This document shows, one piece after another, positions 57,149 through 64,000 of a DNA stretch of 64,000 nt (position 1 is the first letter of the stretch; each line of letters opens with the position of its first letter). Made by a program: the position numbers and the translations under genes. The stretch comes from an uncultured Chlamydiales bacterium (GTDB taxonomy: Bacteria; Chlamydiota; Chlamydiia; Chlamydiales; JAAKFR01): contig CAWHVD010000001.1 of assembly GCA_963832835.1 (NCBI GenBank), positions 2,133,199-2,197,198 on the forward strand. Reading direction: 5' to 3'. The notes below the pieces were generated by a model. It made no database searches. It was given only the letters and a program-made list of their open reading frames with translations, and was not told the origin of the DNA.

Positions 57149-58243
57149 TTATCTGCAATAACCTCCACCTAAGGCAATATATAAATTAATTCTGCCGGCC
57201 AGCAAAGAGCGTCGCGTTTGCACTAAAGCTTGCTCTGCAGAAAATTTCTCTCGCTCCGCATCCAGTACTTCTAGAAATGAAGAGGTGCTATCTAGAAATC
57301 TGATCCATGCCAATCTCGCACGCTCTGTTTGTGCATCTAACACCTCTTTTTGCATGAGAACCTGCTCCGTTAGCAAGTCACGTTCAGCCAGGGCATCCGC
57401 AACTTCTCGAAAAGCAACCTGAATGGTGCGTTCGTATTCTGTTACGGCTAGATTTTGACGTATTCTTGAAAGGTTGAAAATAGAGGCTCGGGGCCCTCCA
57501 ATGTTTGCATTGGCTGCCAATAATTTGTGCTCAGCAGCACGTACATCGGGACGATTTGCTAGTAATTCTGACGGTAGCCCAGGGCTAATTTCTTTTATAA
57601 AATACGGTTCGATTTGGCAGAGCAACTGATCACCAGGACATATTGGGATTCCAACAAGCAGCGTCATTGTATTCCAGTTCAATGCACGCCTGCGTTGCAG
57701 TGCCACTAAATCTGCCTCTGCCTGCTGCAAAAGTATCCCTGCTTGAAAAAAATCAAATTTTGATGCTGCCCCTTCCTCAAAACGCAGTTCCATGATTCGG
57801 CATCCCTCTTGGCGGGTTTCAATGGTTTTCAAGGTAAGACAAATCAACTCGTTTAGCTCACTTTCTATTAAATACGTGCCTGCAACTTGCCCCACCAAGC
57901 GGATGTAAGTGGCATGCTGCTCTTCTAAAGAAGCTAAATACTCCTCTGAGCATGGAGCATTTTGCAAAGCTTTCGCTTCTTCCGACCGCTGTCTAGCTGC
58001 CCTCAAGTCCCGATTATTATCTAATGCCAAAGCAATCAACTGCTTTAGGTTCGAATCGTTGAAAAATTCTTGCCATCCAAACTGCCGAATATTCGTGCCA
58101 TTTTGCACATATTCTTGCCTAGGGTATGTTTCTGCTATAGGCAGGGGGAGTCTTTCGTATAGAGGAGTAAAGCAGCAACCGGTCAATATCACCGAAAGAC
58201 AACAGAATAAACTGGATAAAGATTTTATGTTTTGGAGTAACAT
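57149..58243 (-). CDS. OMF-like lipoprotein lacking both beta-barrel hairpin segments
   Basis: 364 aa with lipobox LTGC. OMF helical motifs are retained (ALDNNRDL; RPDVRAAEHKLLAANANIG; YERTIQVAFREVADAL; NLYIALGGG). About 57 and 47 residues are missing exactly where OMFs carry their strand pairs. Confidence 0.75.
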   Translation of the reverse strand: MLLQNIKSLSSLFCCLSVILTGCCFTPLYERLPLPIAETYPRQEYVQNGTNIRQFGWQEFFNDSNLKQLIALALDNNRDLRAARQRSEEAKALQNAPCSEEYLASLEEQHATYIRLVGQVAGTYLIESELNELICLTLKTIETRQEGCRIMELRFEEGAASKFDFFQAGILLQQAEADLVALQRRRALNWNTMTLLVGIPICPGDQLLCQIEPYFIKEISPGLPSELLANRPDVRAAEHKLLAANANIGGPRASIFNLSRIRQNLAVTEYERTIQVAFREVADALAERDLLTEQVLMQKEVLDAQTERARLAWIRFLDSTSSFLEVLDAEREKFSAEQALVQTRRSLLAGRINLYIALGGGYCR

Positions 58244-58367
58244 GCTTGCTCACATTAGGGAAAAAAAGACTTTACAATGCCTCTTCTGTCTTAATAAATC
58301 ATTCCAACTTTAGAGCCAATTGCAAAACCCATGCACCTCGGAAAATCGCTGATTTTTGTGACAGTTT

Positions 58368-59216
58368 TCAAGGCCAGTGCCACTCAAGCCTGAGCTTCGC
58401 CTTTGGTGTGATGGTCGCGCTGATAAAGTGGGATAACACTTTTAACACTCCACGGGTAATTCTTCCTTTAGAATAGATGTCTATTCGAGAAGGGATCGGT
58501 TTGAATCCAATGGCCCTTTTAGCCTCATCAGAATTGAAACCCACATCGACATTTTGGTACTTTTGGGAGGCCATTGCATGATCAAAAAGGGCATAGTGCA
58601 TCCAAGAATAGGCATAGCTGGCAGAGGAGTGGTGATAATCTAGACCGGCGCAGATCGAATGAAGCGTCGGAAATTCCTCTTGGAGTACAAAGACGCCGAT
58701 CATCTTTCCTTCAAACCAAGTACACAGCAGCTTATAGTCAGGGCGCTTGGCTATCTCTTGGAAAAAGGAGAGGTTATACAACCTGTGGTGATAGCGCTCT
58801 GCCACATGATCATATAACCGATAAACATGCTCAGCATACTCTGACCAGTCTTCTTCAATGAAACTGATTTCACAGCCGTACTTGAGAAAGTTCTTTTTTG
58901 ACTTAGCATAATTGCAACGATGCCAGCGAATCGAGGTGGCAAGATAATCATCGATCGATCGGTAAGAAGAGATATCAAGGCGCCAGCGTGTTAAATGGGT
59001 AATGCTATAGCAGCAATCAGGTGCGCTAGGATGAGCGTCTGCATCTTTGGTGTGAAGGATCAGGTAAGCTCGAGGGTGAATCTTTAGCGGCGTATGCAAG
59101 TTAAAGCTAAATTGCATAAAAAAATGCTTGCATAGCCAGTTGTTATTCCACCCAAGTTGTTCGATGAGTGACGTTTCATGTAAAGAAGAGAAATTTTCAA
59201 GGGGAGAGACTCTCAT
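58368..59216 (-). CDS. GNAT-fold protein, FemAB/BioF2-like acetyltransferase family (tentative)
   Basis: ATG 59216 overlaps the psd stop (ATGA 59213-59216). The C-terminal half (..KMIGVFVLQEEFPTLHSICAGLDY..YAYSWMHYALFDHAMASQKYQNVDVG) looks like the Acetyltransf_6-type fold. Confidence 0.5.
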   Translation of the reverse strand: MRVSPLENFSSLHETSLIEQLGWNNNWLCKHFFMQFSFNLHTPLKIHPRAYLILHTKDADAHPSAPDCCYSITHLTRWRLDISSYRSIDDYLATSIRWHRCNYAKSKKNFLKYGCEISFIEEDWSEYAEHVYRLYDHVAERYHHRLYNLSFFQEIAKRPDYKLLCTWFEGKMIGVFVLQEEFPTLHSICAGLDYHHSSASYAYSWMHYALFDHAMASQKYQNVDVGFNSDEAKRAIGFKPIPSRIDIYSKGRITRGVLKVLSHFISATITPKAKLRLEWHWP

Positions 59217-60166
59217 ACCCAACCCTGAAGAGCGTCGGGCTTCTTCACCAACAAGGGCTCAATGCACTTTTCTAAAGGTTGGCCCATACGGCATAGGGTC
59301 TCGATATGTTGAGCAGAATGAGTCAAAATGTCGCTCGCCAAGTGTATGCATCCTTTTTCAAAAAGAAGAATAAGGGAAGATCCGCCAAATGAAAAATACC
59401 CCTTTTCCTCCCCTTTTTTATAAGGAATCCCCGGCTGATAGGTTTGATGGATAGAACCAACAGCTGTCGCGCCAACTTCAATCAAAAGAATGGTGCCATA
59501 GAGATCCGTTTTTAATTGAGTAATCATTCTTTTGTTTTCAGTGAGCAAAACGATATTTTGTATGATTGCCAAAGGATGTACGGAATAGAAAGGACCGTTG
59601 ATCAAGCGGGCCGGACCAGGTATGCAATCACAAGGAAAGTGAAAGCGGTGGTAATCACTGGGAGATAAGCGAGCGATCACCATACTTCCTTGAGAATAAG
59701 CATTTGCTACCGAATCGAGACCCACTAACTTTTTGATAGAGAATTTTTTGTCCTTCACGACAAAGTCTTCACATGCACCGGCATCCTGATAGAAGAGATA
59801 GCGCCCATCGGCGGGGATAATGGGTCCCTTTGCTAAGGGACGACTCTCCTTTTTTAGCGTGCGGACAAAAAATGCATCGAAAGAAGGATAGGACTCAATT
59901 GGTTTTTCGCATTCAGTGGCATCTATACCGTGTTGGGCAACAAAAGGTAGGATCTTTTTTTTGGTCCATGACCGGCGGTACCACCAGCCTAAGAATCGGG
60001 AAAAAATGGGGAGTTCGGCCAGTAGCTTGCCCACCGACATGCCTATTTTGGAACCATACAAAAAACGAAGAGCCGCTTCGCAATAAATGGGTTCTTCTCG
60101 TAATTCCCCTGTCCTTCTGTCGATATAATATTTTTTTTCAGTTGCTGGCAAGTTGATATTTCCCAA
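59213..60166 (-). CDS. psd: Phosphatidylserine decarboxylase proenzyme
   Basis: 317 aa. YHRFHFP and the self-cleavage region GYFSFGGSSLILLF are present. There is an apparent TTG start. Confidence 0.85.
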   Translation of the reverse strand: MGNINLPATEKKYYIDRRTGELREEPIYCEAALRFLYGSKIGMSVGKLLAELPIFSRFLGWWYRRSWTKKKILPFVAQHGIDATECEKPIESYPSFDAFFVRTLKKESRPLAKGPIIPADGRYLFYQDAGACEDFVVKDKKFSIKKLVGLDSVANAYSQGSMVIARLSPSDYHRFHFPCDCIPGPARLINGPFYSVHPLAIIQNIVLLTENKRMITQLKTDLYGTILLIEVGATAVGSIHQTYQPGIPYKKGEEKGYFSFGGSSLILLFEKGCIHLASDILTHSAQHIETLCRMGQPLEKCIEPLLVKKPDALQGWV

Positions 60167-60314
60167 ATTGGCTATACAGACGAGTGAAACTCAAAAAATC
60201 ATTAGCAATTCACGGGCCAACCAGGCTGGCTCTAAGGGCTCATAAGCTCTAAGTTGACAGTAAATCGAAATTCATGCTAAACTAAAACTAGTCAGACTAG
60301 ACATGGAGTTCCAA

Positions 60315-60566
60315 ATGATACTACAAAAATGGCAAATCCAAGATGCAAAGGCCAAATTTTCCCAACTCATCAACTCTTTAGAAAACGGAGACCAGTTTAT
60401 CACATACAGAGGGGATCTTGTTGCGGTTGTCGTTTCAAAGAAACGCTATGACGAATTAACAACACCTAGTGGCACTCTCTTGGATTTTTTTAAAAACTCT
60501 CCTTTACAGGATGTGGATTTAGAAATAGAACGATCAAGAGATTTTCCCCGAGAGGTTGATCTATGA
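60315..60566 (+). CDS. Type II antitoxin, Phd/YefM-like
   Basis: ATG 60315 lies 6 nt after GGAG. WQIQDAKAKFSQLINSLENGDQFITYRGDLVAVVVS is a typical antitoxin N-terminus. It overlaps vapC by ATGA. Confidence 0.75.
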   Translation: MILQKWQIQDAKAKFSQLINSLENGDQFITYRGDLVAVVVSKKRYDELTTPSGTLLDFFKNSPLQDVDLEIERSRDFPREVDL

Positions 60567-61000
60567 CCTATTTGTTAGATACCTGTATCCTTTCAAAATT
60601 GAGAAAAATTAACAAACACCCTGATAAGCCACTTGAAAATTGGATGGGATTGCATCAAGAATCCGTTTTTTTTCTTAGCGTCTTAACAGTGGGGGAAATC
60701 GAACAAGGAATTCACAAATTAGACAATTCACAACAGAGAAGACTTCTTGAAAATTGGTATCACAGCGAAGTAATTCCCCGATTTTTAGACAGAATTTTAA
60801 ATGTCGAGCTCAGAGTAGCCACAACATGGGGCGAGCTCAACGGAAAATATCAAAAACGAGGGATTGTTATTCCCACTGTTGATGGTCTTATAGCCGCAAC
60901 AGCTATTGTAAACGATCTGATTGTAGTTACAGAGAATATCAAAGATTTTGCTGCTATCGACGAGCTCAAGCTATTCAGCCCCTGGGAAAGCGCCTCGTGA
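60563..61000 (+). CDS. vapC: PIN-domain toxin VapC
   Basis: MTYLLDTCILS (first acidic residue), TVGEIEQG, DGLIAATAIVNDLIVVTENIKDF. 145 aa. Confidence 0.85.
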   Translation: MTYLLDTCILSKLRKINKHPDKPLENWMGLHQESVFFLSVLTVGEIEQGIHKLDNSQQRRLLENWYHSEVIPRFLDRILNVELRVATTWGELNGKYQKRGIVIPTVDGLIAATAIVNDLIVVTENIKDFAAIDELKLFSPWESAS

Positions 61001-61015
61001 CTACTCCCTCGCTTG

Positions 61016-61038
61016 AACCTAAAAACGGCAGTTCGAGA
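61016..61038. repeat. Solo arm of repeat family 4
   Basis: aacctaaaaacggcagttcgaga is identical to 51944-51966 and lies 16 nt after the vapC stop. Confidence 0.6.
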
Positions 61039-61109
61039 AGATTGCAGAATTGCTGATTGGCTCAAAACTAAATTTTCTTGATCATTTCTTCAAATCAATT
61101 TATAAGGCA

Positions 61110-61532
61110 TCACTCCGCCTGTGTAGCAACGACCTCAAAGACAATCAGGCGGTTAGGGGCAACATCAAGCTTGCCCAATCCAAATGCTAAATCAGGGTGT
61201 ACATAGATCATGCGCGTTTCACCCATTTTCATTCCTTGCACCCCTTTTTGAAATCCTGGAACCACAGCATCTAAATCTACTTGGAGGGGATCACCTCTAT
61301 CGTCGTATGTTGAGTATATGAGGCGAAGCTCCCCATCTTTGAGTTCACTCATTTTAAAGTGCAGCCAAGGATGATCTGAAATGGATGGACCGTCTTCTTG
61401 TTTTTCAATGAAATAAAAGATTTTGGAAGGTTCAACCACAACAAGATCTTGCTTGTGGGAGATTATCTTTAAGTAATTTTCAGCTTCCTGAAGATTGATT
61501 GCTGTTTGTTTCTCAACAATAGTTTTCTGCAT
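61110..61532 (-). CDS. FKBP-type peptidyl-prolyl cis-trans isomerase
   Basis: VVPGFQKGVQGMKMGETRMIYVHPDLAFG is the FKBP core. The protein is 140 aa with no signal peptide in this ORF. Confidence 0.8.
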   Translation of the reverse strand: MQKTIVEKQTAINLQEAENYLKIISHKQDLVVVEPSKIFYFIEKQEDGPSISDHPWLHFKMSELKDGELRLIYSTYDDRGDPLQVDLDAVVPGFQKGVQGMKMGETRMIYVHPDLAFGLGKLDVAPNRLIVFEVVATQAE

Positions 61533-61564
61533 ACGCTTGATTAAAGGGACAAGCTCATCTTTCC

Positions 61565-61885
61565 CTAGAACAGGTTCTCCCTCTGTTTGAATGTCTCTCT
61601 GGCTATTTGCAGGGCAACCTCATATTCATTTTTAAGCTCTTGCGCACTATCAGAGCCTTTTACAACTGTAAAATTAGGTGGAAGAATATGAAAAATTCTT
61701 TCCTGCCAAGTTGGAAGAAGAAACTCGCATTGCTGATTGCCCTTATACAACTCAGTATAGGGATCATGCGAAGGTTCAACATCATAGCCTAGAAGTTGAT
61801 GCCATTTCATTCTTCGCTGAATGCATTTCTTCTCTTGCCACTTCAAACTTGTGAGAAAGTTTTTTTGCAGTTTTTTTTCATCCAT
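61565..61885 (-). CDS. Hypothetical protein
   Basis: 106-aa ORF with no motif, lying between the FKBP gene and the IS66 end. Confidence 0.4.
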   Translation of the reverse strand: MDEKKLQKNFLTSLKWQEKKCIQRRMKWHQLLGYDVEPSHDPYTELYKGNQQCEFLLPTWQERIFHILPPNFTVVKGSDSAQELKNEYEVALQIARETFKQRENLF

Positions 61886-61996
61886 GGGTGGGGATAAAGG
61901 ATATAGGGCGTTTGTAACCGTCTAATTTGCCCATCTTTCTTGAATCAGTAGAAAAAGGCAGTCTGGGGGCATGAAAAAAGAACCAGGAGGTTTTTC

Positions 61997-62293
61997 ATGC
62001 GCAAATCATCTACTGAGCTCAGGCATACGTGGGAAGAGAGAATTCAGAAACAAAAAGCCAGCGGTCTCACGATCCAGCATTGGTGCCGAGACAATCTAAT
62101 TCCCCTTTATTTGTTTTACGCTTGGAAAAGGCGTCTTTTCCCCAAAACACTTAGTCGCGGGAGTTTCATTGAGATTGCTGAAGCAAAAGATGTCGGGATC
62201 ACCATTGAAATGAAAGGCATATCCGTTCGCTTAGAAAAACATTTTGATGCTGCTACCCTTAAACGTTGTCTGGAAACGCTGAGGTCATGCTAA
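61997..62293 (+). CDS. tnpA: IS66 accessory protein TnpA
   Basis: The 98-aa product is identical to that of 29445-29741. Confidence 0.85.
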   Translation: MRKSSTELRHTWEERIQKQKASGLTIQHWCRDNLIPLYLFYAWKRRLFPKTLSRGSFIEIAEAKDVGITIEMKGISVRLEKHFDAATLKRCLETLRSC

Positions 62294-62613
62294 GCATTCC
62301 GGGCAATGCCCGTCTTTTCCTTTGCCGGCATCCTGTGAGCATGAGGAAAAGTTTTGATGGTCTCATGGCTGAGATTGAAGTACTCTTCCCTGGAGAATTG
62401 CTCACGGGAGCTTTCTTCATCTTTCTGAATCGGCGTAAGAATCATATGAAAGTCCTCTTCTGGGATCAGGATGGCTTTGTCATCTATTTCAAACGGCTGG
62501 AGAAGGGATCTTTCCGTTGGAAAGATAATAGCTCTGTTTTAGATCGTAGAACCTTTCTCATGCTTTTGGAAGGCATTACACCCAAGCGGCTACAACCTCG
62601 TTTTTCTCTCTAA
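62266..62613 (+). CDS. tnpB: IS66 Orf2-like protein TnpB
   Basis: 115 aa, with one difference from copy 1 (FDGLMAEI versus FDGPMAEI). Confidence 0.9.
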   Translation: MSGNAEVMLSIPGNARLFLCRHPVSMRKSFDGLMAEIEVLFPGELLTGAFFIFLNRRKNHMKVLFWDQDGFVIYFKRLEKGSFRWKDNSSVLDRRTFLMLLEGITPKRLQPRFSL

Positions 62614-62655
62614 AAACTCTATATTTTTTTGAGTATTTTGGGTAAAATTCTTCAT

Positions 62656-64000
62656 ATGCAAACAGCAGAAATCCATCTGATAGATAAGCTACAAGCCGAA
62701 ATTTCCAATCTACATAACCTTCTTGCCGAGAAAAATCATAGTCTTAATCAAAAGGATCGAAATATAGCTGAGAAAGATCATTGTCTTGCCCAAAAAGATC
62801 AAGATATTGCCCATCTTGAAGAACAACTCTCATGGTTTAAACGCCAGATCTTCGGTCAGCGCTCTGAAAGAGTCGTGGCTGACCTCGACCAAGAACAACT
62901 CTCTTTTCCAGGATTTGAAAATCTTCAAACAGCCATCGAAGAAAAGAAAAAAAATGTAGCAGCGCATACCAGAAAACCTCACCGGGATGGTAAAGACAAG
63001 ATTGCTCTACATCCCGATTTGCCCGTAAAAACCATTGTTTTGGACTTGCCTGAAGACAAAAAAGTTTGCCCTGAGACAGGAGAGCCTCTCGTCCAAATCG
63101 GTAGGGAAGTCTCTTACAAATTAGCCCATCAGCCGGGCAGCTACTTTATAAAAGAGATCATCCGGCCCAAATATGCCCATCCCCAAAAGGAAGATGCTGG
63201 GATTTTCACAGCCGATCTGCCTGAATGCATTTTACCCAAATGCCGTGCAGATAATAGCCTACTCGCTGAGATCATCACCCAGAAATTTGTCGATCACCTC
63301 CCTCTTTACCGCATCGTGGAGATTATGGGCAGGCAAGGAGTGGTCATCAGCCGCAAGCTTCTTTCTCAATGGGTGATCCGAACAGGGCTGGCCCTCCAGC
63401 CTCTTTATGAGGAGATGCAAAAACATGTCCTGAAAAGTGAAAACATTTACATCGACGAAATCCCCGTCAAGCTCCAGGAGAAAGAAAAATGCAAACTAGC
63501 CTACATGTGGGTTGTAGTAGGAGGAAGTGCAGCTGATCCTCCTTACAGAATTTATGATTTTCGTGAGAGTCGCAGCCATGATCATGTGCAGGATATTCTA
63601 AAAGGGTATCATGGCGTGCTGCACTCAGATAAATATGGAGCTTATGAAAGACTGGCTGAGAAGAAACAGATTATCTGGTGTCCCTGCTGGAGTCATATAC
63701 GTCGTAAGTTTTTCGAGGCCGAAACGGATGCTCCTTTCCAAGCATGGGTTTTACGCAAGATCAAGTACTTGTTTATGCTAGAAAGAGTCGCTTGGGTTAG
63801 ATCAGAGGAAGAAAGACTGCAAATCCGCCAGGAGAAAGAAATCCCCATTATTGACGAGCTCATCGAGAAGATCAAAGCCAAGCTAGTATCAGGCAAAGTA
63901 TTGCCCAAATCTAAACTAAGAGAGGCTCTCGGTTATTTCTCTGGGCTGATTCCTTACATGAAAAACTATACCCAACATCCATTCGCTCGCCTGGACAATA
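62656..64000 (+). CDS. tnpC: IS66 family transposase TnpC, 3' end outside window
   Basis: The frame is open from ATG 62656 (MQTAEIHLIDKL..) to the window end. It matches 27490-29082 except for a short diverged patch. Confidence 0.9.
   Translation, partial: MQTAEIHLIDKLQAEISNLHNLLAEKNHSLNQKDRNIAEKDHCLAQKDQDIAHLEEQLSWFKRQIFGQRSERVVADLDQEQLSFPGFENLQTAIEEKKKNVAAHTRKPHRDGKDKIALHPDLPVKTIVLDLPEDKKVCPETGEPLVQIGREVSYKLAHQPGSYFIKEIIRPKYAHPQKEDAGIFTADLPECILPKCRADNSLLAEIITQKFVDHLPLYRIVEIMGRQGVVISRKLLSQWVIRTGLALQPLYEEMQKHVLKSENIYIDEIPVKLQEKEKCKLAYMWVVVGGSAADPPYRIYDFRESRSHDHVQDILKGYHGVLHSDKYGAYERLAEKKQIIWCPCWSHIRRKFFEAETDAPFQAWVLRKIKYLFMLERVAWVRSEEERLQIRQEKEIPIIDELIEKIKAKLVSGKVLPKSKLREALGYFSGLIPYMKNYTQHPFARLDN

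Larger units (their letters stand above)
61914..64000 (+). mobile_element. IS66-family insertion sequence, second copy, truncated by window end
   Basis: It begins with the same GTAACCGTCTAAT end and is collinear with the reverse complement of 27454-29824. Confidence 0.9.

Noticed and set aside
61110-61885. ORFs 61565-61885 and 61110-61532 as a frameshifted full-length Mip-like PPIase.
   Set aside because: The two ORFs are in different frames. The upstream one shows no signal peptide and none of the Mip N-terminal helix features I can recognise. I left them as separate genes.

Overview
This 64-kb window looks like chromosome from an environmental (amoeba-associated type) member of the Chlamydiae, mid-40s % GC by eye. 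The evidence for that placement is a fused glyQS, Inc-like and proline-rich effector-like genes, and the gene order dnaG / glyQS / pgsA / glgA / ctc / pth / rpsF / rpsR / rplI / ispE, which I recall from Chlamydia. The housekeeping backbone also includes prs, tRNA-Gln, hldA/hldD, azlCD, psd, an SSF symporter and an FKBP. It is interleaved with a large amount of accessory and repetitive DNA:

1. An AT-rich island (1465-5068) holds an atypical ABC exporter and a toxin/immunity-like pair next to a stub of an RHS N-terminus.
2. A four-gene double-glycine peptide export machine (6860-14802: TolC-like, HlyD, C39-peptidase ABC, second ABC) has no visible cargo gene.
3. A 1717-aa RHS protein has a lipase-like C-terminal tip and an overlapping lipoprotein immunity candidate (30063-35728).
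4. That RHS locus is framed by a direct duplication of an ispE / REP-array / RAYT module. One ispE copy is frameshifted.
5. A REP-associated tyrosine transposase (RAYT) gene sits next to 156-bp tandem arrays of three-hairpin units.
6. Two IS66-family copies lie in inverted orientation (27454-29824 and 61914 to the window end), with an IS1634/IS4-like scrap beside the first.
7. A RbbA/YhhJ-type ABC-2 pump operon (52104-58243) has an outer-membrane-factor gene that lacks both beta-barrel hairpin segments.
8. At least five unrelated families of palindromic MITE/REP-like intergenic elements are present, and one shows a clean 9-bp target duplication.
9. There is a VapBC-type toxin-antitoxin pair.

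All functional calls come from motifs read in the supplied translations. No database search was run. Percent identities and GC values are by-eye estimates.
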